Positions 45,865-55,762 of a DNA stretch of 64,000 bases are shown piece by piece. Under the pieces are notes generated by a model, which ran no database searches, was not told the origin of the DNA, and was given only the letters and a program-made list of their open reading frames with translations. Each line of letters begins with the position of its first letter. Position 1 is the first letter of the stretch. Origin of the DNA: Candidatus Eiseniibacteriota bacterium (GTDB lineage: Bacteria; ARS69); contig JBQTGV010000001.1 of NCBI GenBank assembly GCA_052390515.1, forward strand, positions 1 to 64,000. The letters run 5' to 3'. The translations under genes and the position numbers were made by a program.

Positions 45865-47547
45865 ATGGAGACGAGACCGTGGCACTCGGCCTATGACCCG
45901 GGCGTCCCGCCCACGATCGACTACGCGAACGTGCCGCTGCACGGGTTCCTGCGGCGGGCGGCCGCCCGCTTCCCGGATTTCGCCGCGGTGTGCTTCCTGA
46001 ACCGCACCTTCACCTACCGCGAGCTCGATCACTACGCCACCCGCTTCGCTCGCGCGCTCGAGGACGCCGGCGTCGTGAAGGGGGATCGCGTGGCCATCCA
46101 GCTGCCCAATCTCCCGCAGACGGTGATCGCGTTCTTCGGGACGCTGCGTGCGGGCGCGGTGGCGGTGATGACCAATCCGCTCTACACCTCGCGGGAGATC
46201 GAGCACCAGTGGAACGACGCCGGCTGCAAGGTCGCGGTGACGGCCGACTTCCTCTACCGGAAGAGCGTGGCAAAGGTTCGCGACCGGCTTTCCGTCGAGA
46301 CTTACGTGATCGCCCGCATTCCCGAGTACCTGCGCTTCCCGCTGAACGTGCTGGCGCCGCTCAAGCTGAAGCGCGAGGGACTCATGGCGGACGTGCCGCG
46401 GGCGAAGAACGTCTTCCGCTTCCGGGAGTTCGTGGACGCGGCGCTGGTCATCCGGCCGGAGATCCCCCTGGAGATGAGCGACCTCGCCGCGCTGCAGTAC
46501 ACCGGGGGCACGACCGGCGTGCCCAAGGGCGCGATGCTCACGCACGGGAACCTGTCGTGGCAGGCACAGCAGCTCCACGCCTGGCTGCCGGATCTCGAGC
46601 CGGGCAAGGAGGTGTTCCTCTCGGCGCTCCCCTTCTTCCACGTGTTCGGGCTGACCGTCGCGATGAGCCTGCCCGTCGAGCTCGGCGCGACGATGGTGCT
46701 CATGCCCAACCCGCGGGACGTCGAGGCGATGATCGACGCGATCAATCGCCGGGCCGTGACGATCTTCCCGGTCGTCCCGGCGATGGTGCACGGGATCAAC
46801 CAGCATCCGAACGCCGCATCCCTCGAGGTGAAGGGACTCAAGATCTGCGTCTCGGGGTCCGCGCCGATGCCGGAGCCGACGCTGCGCCGCTTCGAGGAGC
46901 TGACCGGTGGGAAGATCGTCGAGGGTTACGGGCTGACGGAGGCTTCACCGGTGACTCACGTGAACCCGAACCGCGGGCGCCGCAAGGTGAACACCATCGG
47001 GCTGCCGCTTCCCGATACGGATTGCCGCATCCTGTCGATGAAGGATGGGACGACGCCGGTGGGCCCGGGCGAGGACGGCGAGCTCGTGATCCGCGGGCCG
47101 CAGGTCATGGCCGGGTACTGGAAGCGGCCGGACGAGACCGCCCATGCCATCCGCGACGGTTGGCTGCACACCGGGGATCTCGCCGCCGCCGACGAGGACG
47201 GCTACTTCCGCATCTCCGGACGGCTCAAGGACCTGATCCTGTGCTCCGGCTACAACGTGTACCCGGACGAGGTGGACCGGATCATCGTGGAGCATCCCGC
47301 CGTGCTCGAGTGCGCGACGATCGGCGTGCCCGATGAGAAGCGGGGCGAGTCGGTGAAGTCGTTCGTCGTGCGGCGGCCCGGCGCCGACCTCTCCGCCGAC
47401 GAGCTGACCGCGTGGTGCCGCGACCGCCTCGCGGCCTACAAGGTGCCGCGGAGGATCGAGTTCCGCGCGGAGCTGCCCAAGAGCAGCGTGCTCAAGATCC
47501 TGCGGCGGCAGTTGCTGGAGGAGGAGCTGGCGGGGCGGGGGAAGTAG
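45865..47547 (+). CDS. fadD: Long-chain fatty acid--CoA ligase
   Basis: LQYTGGTTGVPKG, LPFFHVFG, EGYGLTEASP, GPQVMAGYW, WLHTGD, NVYPDEVD, LAAYKVP. AGGAGG RBS. Confidence 0.9.
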   Translation: METRPWHSAYDPGVPPTIDYANVPLHGFLRRAAARFPDFAAVCFLNRTFTYRELDHYATRFARALEDAGVVKGDRVAIQLPNLPQTVIAFFGTLRAGAVAVMTNPLYTSREIEHQWNDAGCKVAVTADFLYRKSVAKVRDRLSVETYVIARIPEYLRFPLNVLAPLKLKREGLMADVPRAKNVFRFREFVDAALVIRPEIPLEMSDLAALQYTGGTTGVPKGAMLTHGNLSWQAQQLHAWLPDLEPGKEVFLSALPFFHVFGLTVAMSLPVELGATMVLMPNPRDVEAMIDAINRRAVTIFPVVPAMVHGINQHPNAASLEVKGLKICVSGSAPMPEPTLRRFEELTGGKIVEGYGLTEASPVTHVNPNRGRRKVNTIGLPLPDTDCRILSMKDGTTPVGPGEDGELVIRGPQVMAGYWKRPDETAHAIRDGWLHTGDLAAADEDGYFRISGRLKDLILCSGYNVYPDEVDRIIVEHPAVLECATIGVPDEKRGESVKSFVVRRPGADLSADELTAWCRDRLAAYKVPRRIEFRAELPKSSVLKILRRQLLEEELAGRGK

Positions 47548-47614
47548 GGCCGCCTTGCCCCGGGTGGCACGACGGAGTAGGGTAGGGCGTTCCCTCTTCG
47601 CGAGGGAGGCCTCT

Positions 47615-48715
47615 ATGCTGGCACTGCAGCGGTTCTCCGCGGTGGCGGTCTTCGTCTGGCTCAGCCTTCCCGTTCATGCCGCGACGATTCGCGTCCCCCA
47701 GGACCAGCCCACGATCAAGGCCGCAGTCGCCGCCGCGAATGCAGGTGACGTCGTACTCATCGCTTGCGGAAACTACGTCGAGAACGGGATCGTCGTGACG
47801 GTCCCCATCCAGTTGAAGAGCGAGACGGGCGATCCTTCCTGCGTTTCCGTCGACGCCTCGGGTGGCATCGCGTTTCATGCGTTCGGATCGGGTAGCAGCA
47901 TCACCCTGGATGGCATCCGCGTGTACCGCGGCTATCGCGGCCTGTCTTCCTCGGTCGCCACCACGATTCGATCCTGCGTCTTCGAGACGCTGGGGGCCGC
48001 CCCTGCCGGCTACGGCTATGCCGACGGTGGAGCCATCTCCGTGTCTGGGGTGACGGACGTCTACGACAGCGAGTTCCGCTGGAACTTCGCGGCGAACGGC
48101 GGCGCGGTCATTACTGGCCCCAATGCCGCCTTCTACCGTTGTCTGTTCGCTCACAACTTCGCCCTGGAAAACGGCGGCGCCATCGCCTCTTCGTCCTTGA
48201 ACACACGGCTCGTCGACTGCCTGTTCTTCCGCAACCAGTCGCTCGGCGGAGGATTCGGCGGAGCGCTGTACGCGGCGTCCAACGCATTCGTGAGCGGATG
48301 CACCTTCATCGAGAACGCCGCTGGCTTCGAGGCCGGCGCAGCCATGTACCTCACGGGAACCGCCCAGGTGGTCAACACCCTGATCGCGGTCAACTACGGC
48401 GGGGGCGCGGTCCGTTGCTCGGGCTCTCCGACGTTCTCCTGCTGCGACATCTACGGAAACGCGTACGGGGACTGGGTCTCGTGCATCGCTGGCCAGCTGG
48501 GCGTGAACGGGAACTTCTCCGCCGACCCGCTCTTCTGCGATTTGGCCGCCCGCGTGTTGACCCTGGACGCCGAGTCGCCCTGTCTGCCGGGAAACCACCC
48601 CGCGGGCTCCGCCTGCGGCCAGATCGGGAGGTTCGGGATGGGCTGCACCGTCGTCTCAGCGGGCCACGGACTGACGAGTGCCCCGTGGGGTCGGGTCAAG
48701 TCCCTGTACCGCTGA
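47615..48715 (+). CDS. Secreted right-handed beta-helix (Pmp/pectin-lyase-like) protein with C-terminal PWGRVKSLYR
   Basis: Signal peptide, VPQDQPTIKAAV, repeated FxxN/GGA(I/V/L) units, NFSADPLFC, SPCLPG. GGAGG RBS. Confidence 0.82.
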   Translation: MLALQRFSAVAVFVWLSLPVHAATIRVPQDQPTIKAAVAAANAGDVVLIACGNYVENGIVVTVPIQLKSETGDPSCVSVDASGGIAFHAFGSGSSITLDGIRVYRGYRGLSSSVATTIRSCVFETLGAAPAGYGYADGGAISVSGVTDVYDSEFRWNFAANGGAVITGPNAAFYRCLFAHNFALENGGAIASSSLNTRLVDCLFFRNQSLGGGFGGALYAASNAFVSGCTFIENAAGFEAGAAMYLTGTAQVVNTLIAVNYGGGAVRCSGSPTFSCCDIYGNAYGDWVSCIAGQLGVNGNFSADPLFCDLAARVLTLDAESPCLPGNHPAGSACGQIGRFGMGCTVVSAGHGLTSAPWGRVKSLYR

Positions 48716-49957
48716 CCTCGTCGCATACCCCCGCGTCACGCCGCCCCCGCGCTCTCCCCCGGCCCCCTCGGCGTACACGACGATCAGAACTCCGAGCGTC
48801 GAGAGCAGTGTGACCCCGGCGTGACTGTACGTCCACCAATCGCCGGCGAGCCGATAGCCGGCCACGCTCGACGCGATCACTGACGCAAGCAGGACCGCCG
48901 CCGTCGGAGAGAACCTCCGCCCCGCGCGACTGATCCGCCACGCCGCCCACACCTGAAGAAACGGAAGGAACACGAAGTAGTGCGGCCACGCGGTCGGGAT
49001 GATCAGCGGAATCGAGAGGGACAGCAGGGCGAATGCCGGAATCGGGTCCGAGCCCGGACGGCCGCGCATCCACCGGCCGAGCAACACCAAGTTCATCGCG
49101 AAGAGCGCGCCGGCCGCCCAGCGAAGCGCCGTTCTCGTCCCGGAGCCGTCCTCCCCCAGCGGACGAGCGGCTCCGTCCGCCCGGTAGCTCCAACGCTCGA
49201 CGACGTGAGGAAGGTACTGCGAGTTCACGTCCACCGTGATCTTCGCTCGATCGGTTTCCATGTTCGCCGCCGCGTCGCGGTAGAAGCCGATCGTGTCCCG
49301 CGGTCCCAGCACGAGCGCGGGAAGCAGGAACCCGAAGGCCGCCCAGCCCGCCGCGAACCACGCGAGGAACCTCCAGTCCCTGCGAAAGAGAAAGTACGCG
49401 AGGTAGACGACCGGATAGAACTTGATGCTCACGGCGAAGGCCAGCACGAGCGCCGCCGCGACGACGCGACGATACCCGTAGAGGAACATCGATCCGAAGG
49501 CCAGGAGGGTCATCAGGACGCTGACCTGGCCCCACTTGAAGTTGTGCAGCACGGGCATCGAAGTGAGGAACACGAGCACGTAGGCCCAGAACAGCACGCG
49601 GCCGCGCCGCACCAACCACGGACCGGGAACGAGGAGCAGGCCCAGCATCCAGAGCCCCTGCAGGACTCCCCAAGCAGTGAGCGCTCCGGGCAAGGAGAGC
49701 GCCCCGAGCGGGGCGATCAGAACGGCGAACGTCGGAGAGTAGTAGTAGCCGGGGTAGGGCCGGCGTCTCTCGAGGAGGTCCTCCGCCACCGGATGGAATC
49801 GCATCGTATAGTCCGCGAACAACCGGGGGTTGATGTCCACTTCGCGGACGAAATCGCGCGTGGAATCCCACGTGCTCGTCCAGGCCAGCCAGACCAGCGC
49901 GACCGTCGCGGCGACGAAGGCCAGCGCCGCCCACCGCTTGGGGGCCGATCCCGTCAC
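48656..49957 (-). CDS. GT87/DUF2029-like membrane glycosyltransferase (GT-C)
   Basis: YYYSPTFA, NFKWGQVS, SIKFYP, NSQ, PTAWPHY. GTG start overlaps the ZIP stop codon. Confidence 0.78.
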   Translation of the reverse strand: MTGSAPKRWAALAFVAATVALVWLAWTSTWDSTRDFVREVDINPRLFADYTMRFHPVAEDLLERRRPYPGYYYSPTFAVLIAPLGALSLPGALTAWGVLQGLWMLGLLLVPGPWLVRRGRVLFWAYVLVFLTSMPVLHNFKWGQVSVLMTLLAFGSMFLYGYRRVVAAALVLAFAVSIKFYPVVYLAYFLFRRDWRFLAWFAAGWAAFGFLLPALVLGPRDTIGFYRDAAANMETDRAKITVDVNSQYLPHVVERWSYRADGAARPLGEDGSGTRTALRWAAGALFAMNLVLLGRWMRGRPGSDPIPAFALLSLSIPLIIPTAWPHYFVFLPFLQVWAAWRISRAGRRFSPTAAVLLASVIASSVAGYRLAGDWWTYSHAGVTLLSTLGVLIVVYAEGAGGERGGGVTRGYATRSAVQGLDPTPRGTRQSVAR

Positions 49958-50763
49958 AGCCCCACTTGCACCAGCGCCATCAGGCCGAATCCCGCGAGGA
50001 ACATCCACGCCATCTCCGCCCGCGTGTGCCTCACGAGCGCCTCCGGCACGAGCTCCATGAGCACGAGGTACATCATCGCGCCGGCGGCGAAGCCGAGGAA
50101 CGGAAGCAGCAGCGGCTCGAACAGCCACACGAGCAAGCCCGACGGGACCGCCGCGATCGGCTGCGGCAGGCTGGTCAGGAAGGCGAAGAAGAAGCAGCGG
50201 AAGAGCGACGCGCCGGCCAGCCTCATCGGCAGCGCCACGGCCAGCCCCTCGGGGATGTTGTGGATGCCGATGGCGATCGCGATGTAGTGGCCGAAGTGGT
50301 CGACGTGCAGGTGCGTCTCGGAGCCGTAGCCCACGCCGACCGCCACTCCCTCGGGAATCGAGTGCGCGGTCATGGCCACGAACACGAGGGCCGACGTCCG
50401 GCCGCCCACTCCCTTGAGCACGCCCGACTCCAGCCGCTCCGGCGTCAGGTACTTCTCGAGCATCCACAAGAACGCCGCGCCGACCGCCATGCCGCCGAGC
50501 GTCTTCACGACGGGCCACAGCTCCGTGGCGCCGTCGGTGCCCATGGTGAAGGCCGGCATCAGCAGGTTGTACACCGAGGCGGAGAACATGAGCCCGCCGG
50601 CGAAGGCGTAGCCGAGCCCGACGCGTTCCTGCAGGCGAAGGCCGGAGAACGCCAGCGGGATCGCGCCGAGTCCGCAGGCCAAGCTGGCCAGGATGCCGGC
50701 GAAGAACGCCCACGCGACGAACGCGTAGTCGCCGAAGTTGTCGGCGAAGAACCCGTCAAGCAC
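49954..50763 (-). CDS. ZIP-family metal transporter (GufA/ZupT-like)
   Basis: HSIPEGVAVG, IHNIPEGLAV, FAAGAMMY, ELVPE. Confidence 0.93.
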   Translation of the reverse strand: MLDGFFADNFGDYAFVAWAFFAGILASLACGLGAIPLAFSGLRLQERVGLGYAFAGGLMFSASVYNLLMPAFTMGTDGATELWPVVKTLGGMAVGAAFLWMLEKYLTPERLESGVLKGVGGRTSALVFVAMTAHSIPEGVAVGVGYGSETHLHVDHFGHYIAIAIGIHNIPEGLAVALPMRLAGASLFRCFFFAFLTSLPQPIAAVPSGLLVWLFEPLLLPFLGFAAGAMMYLVLMELVPEALVRHTRAEMAWMFLAGFGLMALVQVGL

Positions 50764-50778
50764 GACGCAGCGCCAACG

Positions 50779-51303
50779 TCATCCTCCGCCCAGCACTTCC
50801 TCGACCCTTCGCCGGAGCGACGCGGGGTCGACTGCAGGATAGCGGTAGAGCTCGCTCTCGACTCTCCGAAAGAGGTCGAGCGCCGTCGCCGGCGCCACGT
50901 GGCGCCGCTCGATCATCTCCCGAACGTCCTTCAGATCTAGATCGTGCGCCCGCTCGATCTTCGCCAATGTCTGGCCGTACAGGTCGTAATGAAGGAAGTC
51001 CAACCGGCCCTCGCGCCGCACGAACAGACACCGATCCCTCCAACCCGGCAGCGCCGGCACGAAGTCGTCCGGAGCGGCGAGCTCCACGTTGACGTGGAGA
51101 TCTTCCTTGATGCGCGGGATGGCGCGAAGGACGCTGTCCGCGCCGCCTTCCAACTTGAGATCGATGTCGATCGTCGACGCGCGCCACCCCAGCAGGACCG
51201 CCGTGGCACCACCGGTGAAGTACACCCGCCCCTCGTCACGTGCCTCCTCTCCGAGTCGGCGCATGAACCTCTCGAGGAGGCCGGCATCCGTCAGCCGGCG
51301 CAC
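50779..51303 (-). CDS. Nucleotidyltransferase-like protein (DUF6036/AbiEii-like)
   Basis: YFTGGATAVL...STIDIDL (GG...DxD), LAKIER...DLKD. Confidence 0.72.
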   Translation of the reverse strand: MRRLTDAGLLERFMRRLGEEARDEGRVYFTGGATAVLLGWRASTIDIDLKLEGGADSVLRAIPRIKEDLHVNVELAAPDDFVPALPGWRDRCLFVRREGRLDFLHYDLYGQTLAKIERAHDLDLKDVREMIERRHVAPATALDLFRRVESELYRYPAVDPASLRRRVEEVLGGG

Positions 51304-51560
51304 TCGGCCGCCCGGACGAAGCTCGTGAGGCGCCTCAGGAGCGCGTTGTATCGGGAGTGCGCGCCGTCGGGATCGGCCTTCGCGAGCAGCTCGTAGAGAC
51401 GGTGCTCGGGCATGTCCACCCGGCCGACGGAGAGGCCGAGCCTCCGCAACCTCGGACCTCCGATGGCGACGAGCAACGCCTCGACCGACTCCTCGCCGCG
51501 GGCAGCATCGCGCAGGCCCCGTTCGATCAGGTCGCTGCCGGGGAGTCCGCCGCGGTCCAC
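51291..51560 (-). CDS. Small hypothetical protein, partner of the nucleotidyltransferase-like gene
   Basis: 89 aa, helical (LPGSDLIERGL...EHRLYELL...HSRYNALLRRL); fills the gap between glyA and the NTase and overlaps the latter by 13 nt. Confidence 0.65.
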   Translation of the reverse strand: MDRGGLPGSDLIERGLRDAARGEESVEALLVAIGGPRLRRLGLSVGRVDMPEHRLYELLAKADPDGAHSRYNALLRRLTSFVRAAECAG

Positions 51561-51561
51561 G

Positions 51562-52848
51562 TCAGCTCCGCGCCCCGGCGCGCGCCGTCTCGTCCACGAG
51601 GTCCGGATAGAGCGGGAAGGCGCCGACCAGCTCGCTCACCTCGCCGCGGATCTTCGCCTTCACGCTCTCGTCCTCGCTCTCGTTGGCGATGGTCCGCCCG
51701 ATGAGCTGGGCGATGCGCCGCATCTCCGCCGGCCCCATCCCGCGGGTCGTCACCGCCGGCGTGCCGATGCGCACGCCGCTGGTCAGCGCGGGCTTGCGCG
51801 TGTCGAACGGCACCGCGTTCTTGTTCACGGTGATGCCCACGTCGCCAAGCAGCCGCTCCGCCTTCTTGCCGGAGATGTCCTTGGGCGTCATGTCCACGAG
51901 CATGAGATGGTTGTCCGTGCCTCCGGAGACGAGTCGGAAGCCCTCGTCGATCAGCGCGTCGGCCAGCACCTTCGCGTTGGCGACGACCCGACGGGCGTAG
52001 TCCTTGAACTCGGGCTTCTGCGCCTCGCCGAAGCAGACCGCCTTCGCCGCGATGATGTGCATCAGCGGCCCTCCCTGCATGCCCGGGAAGTTCGTGCGGT
52101 CCACCGCCTCGGCGAGAGCCGAGCGGCACAGGATGAAGCCGGCCCGCGGCCCGCGCAGCGTCTTGTGCGTCGTGCTGGTCACCAGGTCCGCGTGCGGCAC
52201 GGGCGAAGGATGCACCGCGCCGGCCACGAGCCCGGCGAAGTGCGCCATGTCGGTCATGAACACCGCGCCCACCTCGTCGGCCACGGAGCGGAACGCGGCG
52301 AAGTCCCAGAGGCGAGGATACGCGCTGGCACCGGCGACGATCATCTTGGGTCGGTGCTGCCGCGCCAGGTCGCGAACGCGGTCCATGTCGATGCGCTCCG
52401 TGTCCCGCTCCACCTCGTACTGCACGACCTGGAAGAACCGGCCGGAGAAGTTCACGGGATGTCCGTGCGTCAGGTGCCCGCCGTGCGCGAGCGAGAAGCC
52501 GAGGATGCGGTCCCCGGGGTCCAGCACCGAGAAGTAGGCGGTGAGGTTGGCGGTGGAACCCGAGTGCGGTTGCACGTTGGCGTGCTCGGCCCCGAAGAGA
52601 CGTTTCGCCCGTTCCCGCGCCAGCTCTTCGGCCTTGTCCACTTCGTGGCAGCCGCCGTAGTAGCGCTTGCCGGGGTATCCCTCGGCGTACTTGTTGGTGA
52701 GCGGCGTTCCCGCCGCCTCCAGCACCGCGCGGCTCACGAAGTTCTCCGAGGCGATCAGCTCGATCTCGCCGTTCTGCCGGCGGACCTCGCCCTGCACCGC
52801 CTCGAAGACCTCCGGGTCGGAGGCTTTCAGAAACTCGTAGGGGCGCAT
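51562..52848 (-). CDS. glyA: Serine hydroxymethyltransferase
   Basis: [54 protein letters not shown]. Confidence 0.98.
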   Translation of the reverse strand: MRPYEFLKASDPEVFEAVQGEVRRQNGEIELIASENFVSRAVLEAAGTPLTNKYAEGYPGKRYYGGCHEVDKAEELARERAKRLFGAEHANVQPHSGSTANLTAYFSVLDPGDRILGFSLAHGGHLTHGHPVNFSGRFFQVVQYEVERDTERIDMDRVRDLARQHRPKMIVAGASAYPRLWDFAAFRSVADEVGAVFMTDMAHFAGLVAGAVHPSPVPHADLVTSTTHKTLRGPRAGFILCRSALAEAVDRTNFPGMQGGPLMHIIAAKAVCFGEAQKPEFKDYARRVVANAKVLADALIDEGFRLVSGGTDNHLMLVDMTPKDISGKKAERLLGDVGITVNKNAVPFDTRKPALTSGVRIGTPAVTTRGMGPAEMRRIAQLIGRTIANESEDESVKAKIRGEVSELVGAFPLYPDLVDETARAGARS

Positions 52849-52862
52849 CGAACTCCCTCCTC

Positions 52863-53369
52863 TCAACGACTCCCGGCCCGCTTGCGCCGCGCCATCTCGA
52901 CGATGCGGTCGAGCGCGTCGTCCAGCAGCTCACCGATCCTCCGGAACGTCCTGCGGTACATCTCGGTGCCACCGCCGAACGGATCGGGCACGGCAGCGTC
53001 GGAGTCCTCCCTCCCGGCGAGCTCGCCGAGCAGGAAGGTCTTCGTGTCGGCCTGCGGCGAAAGCCCGAGCACCGCGGACCGATGCGCGGCCTCCATCACC
53101 AGGATGAGGTCGGCACGCTGCACTTCGGCGGCGCTCAACCGCCGGCTCTGGAACGCTTCCAGATCGAGCCCGTTGGAGCGCGCCGTTTCGAGGGATCCGG
53201 CCGAAGCACGGCCTCCGTCCAGGGCGAAGACCCCCGCGGACGAGACGACGATCCCGTCCAGGCTGTCCTCCTCGAACAGACGGCGCGCGGCGACTTCCGC
53301 GAGCGGGCTGCGGCAGGTGTTCCCGGAGCACACGAACAGGATGTGGAACGGCTCGTCGGGCGTCAGCAC
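52863..53369 (-). CDS. Low-molecular-weight protein Tyr/Arg phosphatase (YwlE-like)
   Basis: [11 protein letters not shown]-loop, VPDPFGG. Confidence 0.92.
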   Translation of the reverse strand: MLTPDEPFHILFVCSGNTCRSPLAEVAARRLFEEDSLDGIVVSSAGVFALDGGRASAGSLETARSNGLDLEAFQSRRLSAAEVQRADLILVMEAAHRSAVLGLSPQADTKTFLLGELAGREDSDAAVPDPFGGGTEMYRRTFRRIGELLDDALDRIVEMARRKRAGSR

Positions 53370-54013
53370 CTCAGCTCCTCGCCGGTGAGCGGCACCGCGC
53401 CGTCGCGGATGATTTCGGCGTGCTCGCCGAGGCAGTTCACGATGGTCGAGGGCTTGCGGTTCTCGACGACGCCACCGTCCACGATGAGGTCGATCTCGGC
53501 GCCGAACGTGGCCGCGCAGGCCGCGGCGCTCTTCGCCGGCTCTTCCCCGTGGCGGTTGGCGCTCGGGGCGGCCACGGCGCAGCGGGTCGCGGCGACGACC
53601 TCGCGGAGCATGGGATCGCCGGGCACGCGCACCGCGACGGTCGCGCCGCTCACGGTCACCTCCCCGGGCAGGCCCAGTGCCGCGGGAAGGACGAGCGTCA
53701 GCGGCCCCGGCCAGTAGCGCGAGCCCAGCGCGCGCGCCACCGGCGGCACCGAGGACGTGACCGAGCGCACGCTGACCCAGTCCGCGGCGAGCAGCACGAA
53801 CGGCTTGTCCCGCGGGCGCACCTTCATCTGCACCAGTCGCTCGAGCGCATCGGGCCGGTTCACGCTGGCCAGCACGCCGTACACCGTATCGGTGCGCATG
53901 GCCACCAGGCCGCCGCGGCGAAGGACGTGTGCCACGCGCTCGGCCAGCAGCGTGTCGACCACGCCCGGCGCGACGTGCACCATCTCGGGGAGATCAGCCG
54001 GCTGCGAGTTCAT
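53363..54013 (-). CDS. tsaC: L-threonylcarbamoyladenylate synthase (YrdC/Sua5)
   Basis: [38 protein letters not shown]. Exact start uncertain. Confidence 0.92.
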   Translation of the reverse strand: MNSQPADLPEMVHVAPGVVDTLLAERVAHVLRRGGLVAMRTDTVYGVLASVNRPDALERLVQMKVRPRDKPFVLLAADWVSVRSVTSSVPPVARALGSRYWPGPLTLVLPAALGLPGEVTVSGATVAVRVPGDPMLREVVAATRCAVAAPSANRHGEEPAKSAAACAATFGAEIDLIVDGGVVENRKPSTIVNCLGEHAEIIRDGAVPLTGEELRC

Positions 54014-54458
54014 TCTTGAACTCATCGATCCTCGCTTCGATTTCGGGGTCCGCGACGCCCAGGATCTGGGCCGCGAAGATCCCGGCGTTCTTCGCTCCGG
54101 CCTTGCCGATGGCCATGGTGGCCACGGGCACTCCCGGCGGCATCTGCACGATGGCGTGGAGGGAGTCCGTGCCGGAGAGGTGCGATCCCGCCAGCGGCAC
54201 GCCGATCACCGGCAGCGTAGTGAGCGCGGCCACGAACCCAGGCAACGCCGCGGCCATTCCCGCGCCGCAGATGATCACGCGGATGCCGCGCTCGCGCGCA
54301 CCCTGGGCGAGCTTGCGCGTCTTCTCTGGCGAACGATGCGCGGAGGAGACGAGGAACTCGTGCGGGATGCCGAACCGATCGAGATACTCGAGACACCCCA
54401 TCATGGCTTCGCGGTCGCTCTCGCTGCCGACGATCACGAGCACTTTGGGATCCTTCAC
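53994..54458 (-). CDS. purE: N5-CAIR mutase
   Basis: [38 protein letters not shown]. Confidence 0.97.
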   Translation of the reverse strand: MKDPKVLVIVGSESDREAMMGCLEYLDRFGIPHEFLVSSAHRSPEKTRKLAQGARERGIRVIICGAGMAAALPGFVAALTTLPVIGVPLAGSHLSGTDSLHAIVQMPPGVPVATMAIGKAGAKNAGIFAAQILGVADPEIEARIDEFKNELAAG

Positions 54459-55762
54459 GTGCCCCTCCTCCCCGGCGCGGGCGCGGCGAACGCCGATCCC
54501 CGCGCGCCGATATCCGTCCGCCAGAACATCCCCTCGAAGCGGATGCCGGCGAGCGCACCGTAAGCCGCATCCCGCGCGGCGGCCAGCGTGCCTCCGAAAC
54601 CCGTGACCGCGAGCACCCGGCCGCCCGAGGTCACGAGACGTCCGTCGGCACCCTGCTCCGTCCCGGCGTGGAACACGACCGCGTCTCCCCGATCATCCGC
54701 CTCGTCGAGCCCTTCGATGCGCATCCCCTTCGCGAAGGTCCCCGGATACCCCCCGGACGCCGCCACCACGGTCAGCGCGGCGCCGCTGCGCGCCCGGAGA
54801 GGAGGCGCCTCGACGAGCTTCCCGCGCGCGCACGCCACGAACGCCTCCAGCAGATCGCCCTCCACGAGCGGCACGACGACCTGCGTCTCCGGATCTCCGA
54901 ACCGAGCATTGTACTCCAGCACGCGGGGTCCCTGCCGCGTCAGCATGAGCCCGGCGTAGAGCACGCCGCGGTACGGGACGCCGCGCCGCGCCAGCCCCCG
55001 CGCGATGGGCGCGAGGCAGGTCCGCACCGCCGCGTCGAGCTCCGCCCCGGAGAGGCCCGGAAAGGGCGCGTAGGCCCCCATTCCCCCGGTGTTGGGGCCG
55101 AGATCCCCGTCGAGCGCGCGCTTGTGGTCCTGGCTCGGGACGAAGGGGCGAACCTCCTCGCCGTCGACCAGGGCGATCAGCGAGGCCTCCTCGCCTTCGA
55201 GCCGCTCCTCGAGCACGACGGTGGCACCGGCCGCACCGAACCGCCGCTCCTCGATGCAGGCCTGCACCGCGCGGAGCGCATCGTCCCGGCCCTCGGTCAT
55301 GAGCACGCCTTTTCCCGCGGCGAGACCGTCCGCCTTCACGACGACGCCGTCGCCGAGATAGTCCAGCGCCTTGGCCGCTTCGGCGACGCCGCGCACCGTC
55401 GCGCTCTTCGCCGTGGGCACTCCCTCGGCGCGCATCAGCTCCTTCGCGTGCGCCTTGCTTCCCTCGAGGCGCGCGCCTTCGGCACCCGGACCCAGCACGG
55501 CGAAGCCCGCAGCGCGCAGCCGATCCGCCACCCCGGCAACGAGCGGCGCTTCGGGACCCACCACGACCAGGTCCACGTCCTCGGACTCGCAGAGCGCGAC
55601 GACGCCCGCGCCGTCCGCCGGATCGAAGGCGAAGTTCTCGGCGATGCGTCCCGTTCCCGGATTCCCCGGCGCGCACAGCAGGCGCCCGAGGGACGGGCTC
55701 TTCGCCAGCGCCCAGGCGAGGGCATGCTCGCGGCCGCCTCCGCCCAGGACCAGGACGTTCAC
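54455..55762 (-). CDS. purD: Phosphoribosylamine--glycine ligase
   Basis: GGGGREHA, APGNPG, GPEAPL, KADGLAAGKGV, QDHKR, GPNTGGMGAY, EYNARFGDPETQ, GGRVL. Confidence 0.97.
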   Translation of the reverse strand: MNVLVLGGGGREHALAWALAKSPSLGRLLCAPGNPGTGRIAENFAFDPADGAGVVALCESEDVDLVVVGPEAPLVAGVADRLRAAGFAVLGPGAEGARLEGSKAHAKELMRAEGVPTAKSATVRGVAEAAKALDYLGDGVVVKADGLAAGKGVLMTEGRDDALRAVQACIEERRFGAAGATVVLEERLEGEEASLIALVDGEEVRPFVPSQDHKRALDGDLGPNTGGMGAYAPFPGLSGAELDAAVRTCLAPIARGLARRGVPYRGVLYAGLMLTRQGPRVLEYNARFGDPETQVVVPLVEGDLLEAFVACARGKLVEAPPLRARSGAALTVVAASGGYPGTFAKGMRIEGLDEADDRGDAVVFHAGTEQGADGRLVTSGGRVLAVTGFGGTLAAARDAAYGALAGIRFEGMFWRTDIGARGSAFAAPAPGRRGT

